Part shown: in pieces, positions 51,904 to 63,528 of the stretch
How positions within the stretch are numbered: the stretch's first letter is position 1
Layout: each line of letters starts with the position of its first letter
The notes under the pieces: model-generated
Told to the model about the DNA's origin: nothing
Databases searched by the model: none
What the model saw: the letters and a program-made list of their open reading frames with translations, nothing else
Made by a program: the position numbers and the translations under genes
Source: Phoronis australis
Lineage: Eukaryota; Animalia; Phoronida
Direction of reading: 5' to 3'
Length of the DNA stretch: 64,000 bases
Assembly: GCA_002633005.1 (NCBI GenBank)
Contig: NMRA01000335.1
Span: 310,001-374,000 of the forward strand

Positions 51904-53613
51904 ATGTCAACCAGTATTGCCAACAGGATAAAGTGGCAGAAGGCTGTCCGCTATAGTGACTTGCACACTTTGAGGAAGATGTTAAGGAACAACTTTGACG
52001 TCAATGCTAAGTTTGAAAAGGGGCGCACAAGTTTAATGACTGCAGTCATGCTTGGCAATGTTGCGGTTGTCAAACTGTTCGTGTGGACATCTTCTACTGG
52101 GAAGCAAAGGTGTTTACTCGACTCACAGGACGATGATCAGCGAACTGCTCTGATGTATGCGTGCGAGTCAAACAATTTGGAAATCATGGCTCTTTTGTTG
52201 AAGAATGGGGCTAATGTGCATTTGACTGATAAAAGCAATGAAAATGCTTTAGTCGCAGCAGTTCGTAGGGGCAGTCTGTCCGCTGTGAAACTCGCCATTA
52301 AGGCGGGCTGTCGTTTAGACATTGTATCTGCCAAGAGTGGCATGTGCCCTCTTGCTGTGGCTATTATTTGCGGTGAAACTGAGATCTGCTTGGAGCTCAT
52401 TAAATCTAAGTGTTACATCAACCAGCAGGATTGCCATGGTCATACTCCTTTGATGCTATGTGCCATGAACTCTAACTATCCGGTCTTTGATGCTTTAATA
52501 GCTGCTGGCTGTGATGTAAATACGCTGTGTCCCCATAATGGCTACAATGCACTACATATTGCTATCAAGTATGATTTGACTAAATTTGCTTTGCGGCTCA
52601 TTGGTGTCGCTACAAAGAAGACACATTGTCCAGAAGTTAACAACATGACCTGCTATGATATGCCCACTCTTGACGGGCAAGGTTTGACACCCTTAATGCT
52701 TGCTTGTGCTTTACCTGACACTACAATATTTGAAGCTCTGCTCAAGGCTGGAGCTGATGTTTGCAAGACAGCTCTCGATGGAAAGTCTCTTCTTGATTTA
52801 GTAGTGCAAATGAGAAATCTAAACAAGCTCAAGATTCTGTTTCGTTTGGCCATGCAACCGATTTTTGTTGACTCCAGCGCATTACTTTCATCCTACTCTT
52901 TATATCTGAACTGTGGGGATTACACGATGGTTCGGGAGTTGGTCATTAGAGGCCGGCGAGTGACTGGTTGTGAAGACGTATGTAATTTTGCTCCTTATGC
53001 TTGTAAAAACTACAGGTCCTGTACAAATTTGCTGCACATGGCTGTAGAGAGAAATGACATAGAATTTGTGACGGCCATTTTGAAAGCCACAGATAGTGTC
53101 AATTTGGAATCGGTATGCTTGTACAACCACCAATCTCCATTGATGATTGCATGCAGTAATGGTTTCTCTGCATTGGTCAAGCTCTTGGTTGATGCGGGAG
53201 TGAATGTAAACACCATTGTTCAACACGATGGTAGTAGTTTGTCTCCAATTCACTACGCAGCTGCACACGGGGATGTACAATCTGTCCAAGCGCTCGTTGA
53301 GGCCGGAGCGAGTGTCACGAAGGCGAGGTACGAATGCGTGAATGGCTGGACTTTGCTGCATTTTGCCGCCAGATACGGTCACACTGGCCTGACCAGTTTC
53401 ATAGTCAATCAATTGGATTGCAACCTTAATGCATGCGACCAAATCGGTGATACCCCATTAGACCTGTCTCTGAATTATCTGCATGGTGGCGTTACAAGCA
53501 TTTTGGTGGATGCAGGAGCGAGACATGTTGGTATGTATAAAAGGCCAAAGAAAATAGAGAAACAGTCACTTACACGGGTCCCGGATTTTGAGAACCAGTT
53601 TGATGCCTTTTGA
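51904..53613 (+). CDS. Ankyrin-repeat protein, ~13-14 ANK repeats, single coding exon (569 aa if unspliced; possibly spliced at 53530 into the caspase exons)
   Basis: Repeats include GRTSLMTAV, QRTALMYAC, GHTPLMLCA, GYNALHIAI, GLTPLMLAC, HQSPLMIAC, LSPIHYAAAHG, GWTLLHFAARYG and GDTPLDLS. A pyrimidine tract/acceptor lies just upstream of the ATG. Confidence 0.93.
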   Translation: MSTSIANRIKWQKAVRYSDLHTLRKMLRNNFDVNAKFEKGRTSLMTAVMLGNVAVVKLFVWTSSTGKQRCLLDSQDDDQRTALMYACESNNLEIMALLLKNGANVHLTDKSNENALVAAVRRGSLSAVKLAIKAGCRLDIVSAKSGMCPLAVAIICGETEICLELIKSKCYINQQDCHGHTPLMLCAMNSNYPVFDALIAAGCDVNTLCPHNGYNALHIAIKYDLTKFALRLIGVATKKTHCPEVNNMTCYDMPTLDGQGLTPLMLACALPDTTIFEALLKAGADVCKTALDGKSLLDLVVQMRNLNKLKILFRLAMQPIFVDSSALLSSYSLYLNCGDYTMVRELVIRGRRVTGCEDVCNFAPYACKNYRSCTNLLHMAVERNDIEFVTAILKATDSVNLESVCLYNHQSPLMIACSNGFSALVKLLVDAGVNVNTIVQHDGSSLSPIHYAAAHGDVQSVQALVEAGASVTKARYECVNGWTLLHFAARYGHTGLTSFIVNQLDCNLNACDQIGDTPLDLSLNYLHGGVTSILVDAGARHVGMYKRPKKIEKQSLTRVPDFENQFDAF

Positions 53614-53826
53614 TTCAGTGGATAAAACTGGAACTCTTAAAACACGGGATTCCTGTTAGTGACTAATACCAAAAAAAGCATAAATTACCGGGTAATTGGT
53701 TACTGTCTGTTTTTTTTTTTTGAAAAGCTATGCACCATATTTTTGAGTTTGGCAGTCCTCATATTCAAAAAGGAAGTCAATTGATGCCAGCTGAATTGGC
53801 CTGGAAATCTTTTAGATGAATGTGTC

Positions 53827-53931
53827 ACCTGATGGCACCTCAAATGGGTTGGGACCTGATGCCACCTCAAATGGGTCGGGACCTGATGCCACCTCAAATG
53901 GGTCGGGACCTGATGCCACCTCAAATGGGTC
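53827..53931. repeat. 27-bp tandem repeat, ~4 copies
   Basis: Unit ACCTGATGCCACCTCAAATGGGTCGGG. Confidence 0.9.
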
Positions 53932-56363
53932 AGAATTCTTTACTTTGTTTATGGAGTGAATTGAACCGGGCACAGAACAGAACTAATTCAATGCTATTTT
54001 TGACCTAATCTGTTAAATGTAATTTACTTAATATGTTTGGAGTTTTTGGTATACTGCTTACTTGTAATTGTTTGGCCTTAAGTAGTGCAATAATCATGAG
54101 TTTCGTCATGGAATTAGACCACTTGACACAAAAAAATTGGTCTCAACTTGTTCCTCAGAAAGTTTGTTTCTTTTCGAGACCATGCTTGACAAAAGTGAGC
54201 CTGGATGATTTGAACAAAAATGAATTGTTACTTCTTTCCATGCCATAAGTAACACCTGTTTTGATGAAGTTGCAATTTGAGACCAATTCCATATGATGGT
54301 AAAGAGTGGTCAATTTTCTGTGACATAAAGAGGGTTTTAGACGCTTTACAGATAGTTTTACTCTTTTCTACATTTGCCAATTTGGGACATAGAATGAGTT
54401 TTGTCAGTTGAAGGATATCACCAGTCCTATAAAAATTGCATTTAACTTTCTGCACGAAATTCCTGTCATGAGATCTAAAACTTCCCCTCAAGTGACAAAA
54501 CAATTCTGCTTCAGATTCAAATCACTTGTAACTCAAACAGGTGATTATTTTTAAACAGCTGCTAAGCACAAAATGTTAATTTTGGCTACTTGAGGCAGAG
54601 CCTGAAGGCTTACAAAAAGGGTGAGAGTACATGCTATTGATGCTGACCGGTGGTAGAATTTTCCCCTCACCCAAGGAAATCACATCTCGGAAGATACAGG
54701 CCCTTTTTTCCTCAGATCAGCGAGGGCCCTGGCGTAAAAGTTCAGCTGAATTAACTTGAGTTGAGAATTAAAATCCATTAATGAAATTTTTATCTAAAAT
54801 AGAGCGGAAACAGGAAATCTTTAAATGTCAACCCTGGTTGATTGTTTTTGACAGTGTAATTCACAAGCATGTATGTGTATTGTTCTGTAGCCAGTACAAT
54901 TATTTCTGTTAGATTGCATGTCAGTAACACTCGATTGTGGTTTGAACTAGATTTTTGTTCTGAGGTTGCTTGTTGCTAATGTGTCCTGTTGAACTTCGAG
55001 TTTGCTTAGTCAGAGGTGAGAAGCATTTGAAGGTACTCTAACTTTTTCAGACATGCATTGTGTTTAGACTGTGCTCATTCCATCATGACAATAGTGAATA
55101 GGAGTGATCTGGGTTTACTATAGCCTTTTTCAGTGATTATTTAGTGTCTATTTTGTGAACATTGACCACTCCTTGATTATGTTGGTTGTGGCTCACATGT
55201 GTCTGCATTATGAGTTCATATGACCTCCCAAAGCCCATAAAAGTTTGCTAAGTGGGAAATTGAATTCATTGTCTGATTCTTCAAGTACTTGAGTGTTATG
55301 ACTGTATCCTCTCTCCTCCTGGGTGCATAATAATTGTCCAGTTCTCGCTCAGAATTGTTCTCGTCTTCTGATCTGCTGTGTTCCGCTATTGCAATTCATT
55401 GTCAAGTGACCAAACATCTTCCACCCATTACATCATTTGGCGGAAAACTTGGAAATTTATAACTATTTTTTCAAGATAAAAAATTTGGCATAAAAGTGCT
55501 TATTTAATTTAGATTTTATGGTATTCATTTCTTATTAGCTAACTGAAACCTCAAAATCTAAGAAAATGCATAGTGGGAACTCTTAAATTTACACATGTAT
55601 TGTCCGATGAAGGGCATTTTCACTTTCTGCTCATTTTGAACATTGCAGGCGAATGCATGTTATTGTGGTAGTAGACTACGGTGCTGTTTATCTGTAGTTT
55701 CCATCATTGTTTTAGCTTGTGGTAGATTGTTCAAATTACTACAGGACACCCGGCTTGAAAAAGCATCAAATTTTGATGAAAAGTGGCAAGCCAAAATAGT
55801 CAAAACTGCTAGCTTTTTATCTTATTCCTGCCTGCCAGTCACTGAGTTGGATTACCATGTGTGCCATTTTCAGTCAAGTTTCGCTGATGGCCGTTTTTTT
55901 GCTCCTATTGAAAAGCAAGTGTTTGTACAGCTATTTTTACTTTTTGGGGGCAGGCAGGAAATCGTGTGTGTCGATAATCCCGTATCAGTCTCGCAACAGT
56001 GGTTTTCATTCACATTTCATTTGGTGACTATTACGGTAACCGATTCTGTCAGAGTATTTTTAAAATAGTTCGGTTCGCATGTTAAGTTGCCTTTGAAATT
56101 TGATGTTGTTGTGTTGGAAATGTGGCAAAACTCAACTCTGCTCACATGAGGTGAAATTCCCAAGTCATCTAATGTTAATTGGCCAAAATCTCAGCTGGCA
56201 TTTCCAAATTTCTGGTTGGAATGTGACTTGCAGCTTATTATCTTAAGTCCTCGCATGGACGCATTCAAGAAGTCTCAGTCTTAAAATCTCAAATTTGGTT
56301 TTGGCAGCAAGCCAATTGGCCAATGACACTTAATTAAGCGTGAATTTTTTGAAAATTTCTCAG

Positions 56364-56382
56364 GTGTTGAACAGAACATGAG
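56364..56382 (+). CDS. Candidate 19-nt microexon upstream of caspase (VEQNM; contains possible start ATG at 56378)
   Basis: TTTCTCAG acceptor, weak GTTTGA donor, phase 1-2. Confidence 0.4.
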
Positions 56383-56542
56383 GTTTGACACAGATGAATA
56401 TTGTGTGTTATTAGACATTAGACTGAAATATCAAATGTTTTTAGAACATGCCACTGCCAGTCCATTATACTGAGCTGGCAGTGCATTTGTTGTTGTCTTG
56501 CTTTCCACTAATAGGTAAATTTGACTTCATAATCCTTTTCAG

Positions 56543-56599
56543 GTCGCCTGAAGAACAGAGTTTGGCTGAAGATTGGACAGTACAGAAGGAAGAGCCGAG
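56543..56599 (+). CDS. Caspase-gene prodomain/linker exon (SPEEQSLAEDWTVQKEEP in phase 2, or RLKNRVWLKIGQYRRKSR in phase 1)
   Basis: CCTTTTCAG acceptor, GAG/GTATAT donor, 57 nt, open in two frames. Confidence 0.6.
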
Positions 56600-56607
56600 G
56601 TATATAT

Positions 56608-56950
56608 AGTGTGGTGTGATGCACCCACATTCCGTGATGTGATGCACACGCATTCTGTTGTGTAATCCAGCCGCATTCTGTTTGTGATGCACATGCATTA
56701 TGTGGTGTGGTGCACCCTCATTTTGTGTTGTGATGCACCCGCATTCTGTTGTGTAATCCAGCCGCATTCTGTTTGTGATGCACATGCTTTATGTGGTGTG
56801 ATGCACCCTCATTTGTGTTGTGATGCATGCTCATTCTGTTGTGTGACGCACCAGCATTCTATTGATTGTGTGATGCACACATTGTGTGGTGTGTCGATGC
56901 ACCAGCATTCCGTGGTGTGATGCACGCACATTCTGTGGTGTGATGTGCAC
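56608..56950. repeat. ~21-22-bp minisatellite
   Basis: Degenerate unit TGTGGTGTGATGCACCCGCATTC. Confidence 0.85.
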
Positions 56951-56998
56951 ACCTTCCCCACACAAAATGTCATTGTTTAGTCATTGTGCTATATTCAG

Positions 56999-57057
56999 TG
57001 AACCTTCACTGAATATTTCATCAAATGTTTTGACTGCCATACAAAAAATAGAAAAAG
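56999..57057 (+). CDS. Candidate caspase-gene linker exon (EPSLNISSNVLTAIQKIEK)
   Basis: TATTCAG acceptor, AAG/GTTTGT donor. Phase 2-1 bridges the flanking exons in frame. Confidence 0.5.
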
Positions 57058-57186
57058 GTTTGTTCACTTCCATTTTTTCATGGTAGAAGTAAACTTAATT
57101 CCGTACCAGAAAGATTTCCCCAGAGTTCAGAACCAAATTTACTGGAGAGTTGTCATATTTTACCATTGTGTACCAACCAATTTCAG

Positions 57187-57267
57187 GGAGAAACTCTCTG
57201 TGTACCCTGAAGAAAAACAATGAAGTGCTCCATCTGGTGAGGGATGCCAAGGCAGAACCTCTTAACA
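57187..57267 (+). CDS. Caspase-gene linker exon (RNSLCTLKKNNEVLHLVRDAKAEPLN)
   Basis: TTTCAG acceptor, GTAAGT donor, phase 1-1. Confidence 0.65.
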
Positions 57268-58029
57268 GTAAGTATCACAACCCACACAGATTTTTACACA
57301 AGTCGTCTGCTATATTCTTCTCTTTTGACACAGTTTTCTGTTTCTGTTCATATCCTGCAGTTTTCTTTGTAAAACGATGTTGCAAAGTAAACAAAAAATC
57401 TCCAGGATAATCTCGATCCAATTTCAGATAAAGGTCATGCACAGTGGAAGATAGCTACTTTTTCGTAACAAAGTATTGTTTTGGAGTGAAAATTCCACAC
57501 AACCCTGTTAAGCATTTGCTCAAAACATGACCTCATTGTAAGTTGCACCAGGGTCATCGTCCAAGTAGATGGGAGTGACCCCCTGCAAATAATCAGGTTG
57601 TTAACTGAAATCAACTGACTCTTGAGTGAATGCTTTGTAGCAGACTTACCTGTTGTGTTAGTTAGTGTACACACAAGGTCGTCCGTACTACTACTAAAGT
57701 CACTCAATAGCTACCACTTGTTGTTTAGTTTTCCAATATTTCACACATCGATATTTTTGACCATTCTGCCGGTTAATCAAACATCTTCACCTACGTTTGC
57801 GTGACAGTTAGAGTGGGAACCATTTATATTATTACAGAAGTCTTGTGTTAGTCAAAACAAACTATATATTATAATCATCGGTAAAAAGATAGAAGAATTA
57901 TATGGCCTAATTCGCAACGTTTTATTGCTTGATTTAAAGTTGATTATCGGCTATTATTGGGAGAAAAGTACAGAGTTGGTGACAGATTTTGGTGACTGGC
58001 ATAGACCAATGGCTCTTATTTGGTTACAG

Positions 58030-58215
58030 CAGCTGAAGTTAGGCGACTTCTTCCTCATGCTAGAACCAGTTCTCAGTCGTCGTCACCATCCTCGGCTCTG
58101 AGCATAGACCAGCAATACAAGGTCAAGGTCCCCATTGGTCTCGCCATTATCTTGAACAACAAAACTTTTGAAAGTTGCAACATGGACGATCGACATGGCA
58201 GTCAGGTTGATCTTG
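58030..58215 (+). CDS. Caspase exon, start of p20 (..QQYKVKVPIGLAIILNNKTFESCNMDDRHGSQVDL)
   Basis: Matches the caspase GxxxIINNxxF...RxGxxxD motif. CAGCAG acceptor, GTAAGG donor, phase 1-1. Confidence 0.9.
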
Positions 58216-58219
58216 GTAA

Positions 58220-58895
58220 GGTTTGACAGGTTCTTACGCAACCACTCTAAGACACTTGCAGATGTTTGTTCTGGTCCTGAATTAAAGAAAGTATTTCTTA
58301 ATCTTCCCTTTTTGGGTAATAGTAGTTGTGTGGTCGACAGACAGGTTAAGAGAATGTTTGGAGCTATTGCTCCGTGTTTGCAACTTGTAGCAATTTTTAA
58401 ACCTGTTAACGGACTTTTGTCATTGTCTAGGCTCAAAATACCATTGAATAATTCTCAAAGAAGTCGTGTTGTGTACCAACTCGAGTGTAATGAATGTGAA
58501 CAGTTTTACATTGGAATGACCAACAGAATTCTCAGCATTAGAGTCAAAGAACACTGTAAAGACGCACACAGTGCTGTTCTTAATCATTCGTTGACCACTG
58601 GTCACATTTTAGTTTACTCTGGTGTTCAGATTTTGGACAAGGATAATGCCAACCTCAGGTTCTTCATAAAGAAGGCTATGCATATGCTGTTGAATCATGC
58701 TGAGCGCTATCTGAATAGACATTTTGGTTCATTTGTGCTCCAGCTGTCTGGATTTCTGGTCTCTCTCCTCACAATGCACTTTGACAATCATGTACATGAT
58801 TGTGCAGAATATTCTCCTCCTGTGTCAACTGAGTGGAATATTGTGAACATTTGTCTTGAGAATGGTTTTGTGACAATAAACCGAAACGTCGAACA
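58220..58895 (+). mobile_element. Penelope-like retroelement 3' fragment (RT C-terminal linker + GIY-YIG endonuclease) in a caspase intron
   Basis: KVFLNLPFLG...RVVYQLECNECEQFYIGMTNRILSIRVKEH..SAVLNHSLTTGH (GIY-YIG with the CCHH motif typical of PLEs). It is followed by CTTGAGAATGGTTT..AAACCGAAACGTCG at 58855-58891. Confidence 0.85.
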
Positions 58896-59192
58896 ATACA
58901 ATGTCTTTTTTTACAATGCACTGATACTGGTACTCATATTTTGGCCAAAATAATATGACCAGTCTAAAGACTTTAAGTGTTTTATGCCATAGGGCCTGAT
59001 TGAGATATGGGTCCATGTGAAGCCTTTCAAACTTCTTAGAACAGGGTCTGTGTGTTCGGTTGTAGCTACTCAGCAGACAGTCACATTCAATGCAAATATT
59101 TCATCAATTTTAGCATCATATATTGATACAGACTTCATTTTCAGTCAATGTATTGCGCAATCTCTTTTGACTGTAATCGTGTTCTTCTTCAG

Positions 59193-59486
59193 AAAAAACT
59201 GTGGAAACTTTGTCAAGTCTTGGTTTTCAAACTCATGTGTACAAAGACCTGACTGCAGACCAACTGATTGGCTGCTTTCAACATTATGGCGACCTTGACC
59301 TTAGCCAATACAGTAGTCTGATTGGTGTAGTTATGAGCCATGGACGGCGAGGTCACATATATGGGACTGATGGGAACTCTGTTCCTGTTATTCATCTAAC
59401 GTCAAAGTTCAAGTCAGCAAGCTGTCCATCGTTATCAGGGAAGCCTAAGTGCTTCATAGTAGTAGCTTGTCAATCTGATGAACCAG
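59193..59486 (+). CDS. Caspase exon, catalytic core of p20 (LGFQTHVYKDLT...VVMSHG...GTDG...CPSLSGKPKCFIVVACQS)
   Basis: Catalytic His in SHG (59339) and Cys in VACQS (59468). TTCTTCAG acceptor, GTAGGT donor, phase 1-1. Confidence 0.93.
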
Positions 59487-59844
59487 GTAGGTTTTGGGCA
59501 GATTTAGTTTTCTACTATTTTCCCTTGTCCAATTGTGCACTTGAACAGGATTAGTGCAAGTCGAGCCATCAACTGCTTGAAGAAACCGTATATGACTGCA
59601 GCTTGTGTCTTTCTTAATTGCCTCCAAGACACTGGCATTAAAATGACTTTCACCAGCCTGGCTTTTGTGTATTATTAAAAACAAATAATGAAATTGTGAA
59701 CATTTTTAAATCTGATAAATATGAATCCGAATCCCTTATTGAGTGATGAACAAAATTTAGTTAGGGTTTGAATCGAAAAAATTGTTCATTTAGAGCCGAA
59801 GTTATGAATTCAAATGTCACTTTTTAGACGCATGGGAAGTGGGG

Positions 59845-60055
59845 GTGGAGACTGAATATTCACTATGTGATGGGGGGACTGAATATTCACTATGTGATGG
59901 GGGGGACTGAATATTCACTAAGTGATGGGGGAACTGAATATTCACTNGGAACTGAATAATCACTAGGTGATGGGGGAGACTAAATATTCACTAGGTGATG
60001 GGGGGACTGACTATTTACTTGGTCATGGAGGGACTGAATATTCACTAGGTGATGC
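59845..60055. repeat. ~28-29-bp minisatellite spanning an assembly join
   Basis: Unit GGGGGACTGAATATTCACTAGGTGATG with palindromic core TGAATATTCA. N at 59947. It recurs at 61799-61868. Confidence 0.85.
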
Positions 60056-60538
60056 CAATGAAAAAAGATTCTCTTATTAGCTTCTGAATAGATGGAGGTC
60101 AGAGAGCACATGAGGAAACCATAAAAGTTGACTGTCAGATGATAACAGTCTGAGGGTTGGCGTTTGCTAAAAATCAAATTTTGGGTTTGGGGTTGAATTT
60201 TCACCTGTACTAGGTCCATAATGATCAGCGTATGAGAGGAAGTTGTTCTACTGCGCAAAAACATGGCCAGGTGGTCACAAAATGCTGGGTCGATGATTGT
60301 TTTTTAGGATACTTGAGGTTGCGTAATTAGTGATCTCAAAGTGCCCTCTGTTGTTAAATTGTCTTCTGTTATGTTCTTGCTGTGAAGCACTGGAAATGTG
60401 GCATTAGGGCATTTAACTGTTGACCCCATCTTGTTCAGTCGAATAGCAAGTGAACAAGTTGGCTGGTTGACCAGCGTATTCGGTATCTTACACAATTTAT
60501 TAACTCCACTGTGATGTATGTTTATGGTTGGAGTACCA

Positions 60539-60757
60539 GGGACCCGTTGCAAGAAACTGACTTGGGTTCATTTTTACTTACTTGTAAGTCTAAGATTTGT
60601 CTTAACTTCCAAACTTTGAAACTTCCACATCCGGTAAGTTAATCAAAATTAAGACAAAGTTTAAGTAACAGAATTAAGAAAAATCTAAGTTTTATCTTAG
60701 AATTGAATGAAGATTAAATTTTGTTTTAGCTAAGTCAATTTTCTTGGAACGGACCCC
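60539..60757. mobile_element. MITE with imperfect TIRs (also present in the duplicate at ~62529-62768)
   Basis: GGGACCCGTTGCAAGAAACTGACTT ... AAGTCAATTTTCTTGGAACGGACCCC. Confidence 0.6.
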
Positions 60758-61524
60758 AACTCTCTTTTGTTCGATAATCGCTCTATTCCGATAAGATCGC
60801 ATCTTGTCAGACTGAGCTACATGACTGATCTCAAAAATAAAAGATAGTTAGGGAGTTTGAACATAAACCAATAACAATTCTGAATTCCTCATCAGATGTT
60901 GGCCGTGCTTAGTTTTTTAATCATTGAAGTAGCCTGTCTACAACCAAAGTTAAGGGAATCTATTCTGTCCAATGCATTGGGTTTGACTGTGTTCATATGC
61001 AGTTGGTAATAGGGTGCAACCATTATTGGTAGATAATTGACCTGCATGATGTAAGAGGACACAAAAGACTGCACTCAGCAGTTTTAACTATTAAAACAAA
61101 ATAGCCAGGTGTTACCATACCTTCAGAACCCACATAGCCTGGTAAAGTCACTGAATGGGAGAATGCTGTAATGGTTTGTAGCTCCTCTGGTGATAACATC
61201 CCCACTTACTTCTTGGTAATATTTTGCTTTCTAATGTGCCTATCAACACACCTCGTGCTGCATTGTAATCATTTCTTTCCATGTTGTGTCTGTTGCTTGG
61301 TTCAAGTGCATGACTCTGTATTTACTTGGGACTCACTTATTTTGGTCACCACCAGTTAAGTATCTGAACATTATAGTAAAAAGTGGCAGCACAAGCCACC
61401 TCATAACAAATAATCGTTTACTTTCAGTAAGCAGAAATTGACATTTCTGGAGCATATATTTCTTAGTTTTGCATTTTTTTTTCTGTTAGATTTTATCAGT
61501 TGATTATGATTTTTTCTCCACCAG

Positions 61525-61797
61525 GTGTCGCCAAGCATGACTTAATTCCTGTGGAGGAACAGGACTACATAGTTGCCTACTCCACAATGCCCGGGGCACC
61601 TTCTTACAGAACCACTGAAGGAACTCACTTCATGCACAAGCTGATGAGTAACTTGGACAAATATGCACATCTGCGCCCTCTACCAGACATACTGCAAAAC
61701 ACCATCAAACACATCACAATACAGACCCCCCTGGTGTTTACATCACTCCAGAAGAAGTTCATGCTGCGGGCCAATATGGCGGGAGAACACCACGGTG
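61525..61797 (+). CDS. Caspase p10 exon, copy 1, truncated by gap
   Basis: VAKHDLIPVEEQDYIVAYSTMPGAPSYRTTEGTHFM...QTPLVFTSLQKKFML. Ends at N 61798. Confidence 0.75.
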
Positions 61798-63528
61798 NAA
61801 TCACTAGGTGATGGGGGAGACTGAATATTCACTTGGTGATGGAGGGACTGAATATTCACTAGGTGATGCCAATGAAAAAGGATTCTCTTATTAGCTTCTG
61901 AATAGATTGAGGTCAGAGAGCACATGAGGAAACCATGATTAAAGTTGACTGTCAGATGATAACAGTCTGAGGGTTGGAGTTTGCTAATGTGAGCCCATTG
62001 AATTCAGTCCAGCTGCTTAGGCTGCTTGGTCACCTTTTGTAATCCTTTGTGACACCTGATGTCATATTGTGTGTTGACTGTTGGCAGCCCAGCCAGATGG
62101 CGCTCTATTGTGTTGGCAGGGAATGGGGGTAATTGAACTTGCGCTTTAGTTCACAAAATCAAATTTTGGGTTTGGGGTTGAATTTTCACCCGTACTAGGT
62201 CCATAATGATCAGCGTATGAGAGGAAGTTGTTCTACTGCGCAAAAAAATGGCCAGGTGGTCACAGAATGCTGGGTCGATGATTGTTTTTTAGGATACTTG
62301 AGGTTACGTAATTAGTGGTCTCAAAGTGCCCTCTGTTGTTAAATTGTCTTCTGTTATGTTCTTGCTGTGAAGCACTGGAACCATGGCATTAGGGCATTAA
62401 TTTTATCTATTGACTCCATTTTGTTCAGTTGAATAGCAAACGAACAAGTTGGCTGGTTGACCAGCGTATTCGGTATCTTACACAATTTATTAACTCCACT
62501 GTGATGTATGTTTATGGTTGGAGTACCAGGGACCCGTTGCAAGAAACTGACTTAGGTTCATTTATTTTTTACTTACTGGTAAGTCTAAGATTTGTCTTAA
62601 CTTCCACACTTTGAAACTTCCACATCCGGTAAGTTGGTCGAAATTAAGACAAAATTTAAGTAAAAGTCAATGAAACTTGAAATCTTAAGAAAAATTTAAA
62701 TTTTATCTTAGAATTGAATGAAGATTAAATTTTGTCATAGCTAAGTCAGTTTTCTTGGAATGGGCTCCAGCTCTCTTTTGTTTGATAATCGCTCTATTCC
62801 GATAAGATCGCATCTTGTCAGACTGAGCTATGATCTCAAAAATAAAAGATAGTGAGGGAGTTTGAACATAAACCAATAACAATTCTGAATTCCTCATCAG
62901 ATGTTGGCCATGCTTAGTTTTTAATCATTGAAGTAGCCTGTCTACAACCAAAGTTAAGGGAATCTATTCTGTCAAATGCATTGGGTTTGACTTTGTTCAT
63001 ATGCAGTTGGTAATAGGGTGCAGCCATTATTGGTAGATACTTGACCTGTACAATGTAAGAGGATACAAAAGACTGCACTCAGCAGTTTTAACTATTAAAA
63101 CAAAGTAGCCAGGTGTTATCATACGTTCAGAACCCACATAGTGTGGTAAAGTCACTGAATGAGAGAATGCTGTTATGGTTTGTAGCTCCTCTGGTGATAA
63201 CATCCCCACTTACCTCTTGGTAATATTTTGCTTTCTAATGTGCCTATCAACACACCTCGTGCTGCACTGTAATCATTTCTTTCCATGTTGTGTCTGTTGC
63301 TTGGTTCAAGTGCATGACTCTGTATTTACTTGGGGCTCGCTTATTTTCGTCACCACCAGTTAAGTATCTGAACAGTAACAATAAAAAGTGGCAGCACAAG
63401 CCACCTCATAACAAATAATCGTTTACTTTCAGTAAGCAGAAATTGACATTTCTGGAGCATATATTTCTTAGTTTTGCATTTTTTTTCTGTTAGATTTTAT
63501 CAGTTGATTATGATTTTTTCTCCACCAG

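Noticed and set aside
52137-53442. Minus-strand ORFs overlapping the ANK gene
   Set aside because: Antisense shadows of a real coding sequence with no recognisable motifs.
53827-53931. CRISPR-like appearance of 27-29-bp repeats (also 59845-60055)
   Set aside because: Units are head-to-tail with no unique spacers in a eukaryotic intron context, so they are minisatellites.
54033-54248. SAM-like LTKVSLDDL..LSMP peptide between ANK and caspase
   Set aside because: No phase-compatible acceptor/donor pair, and it ends in a stop.
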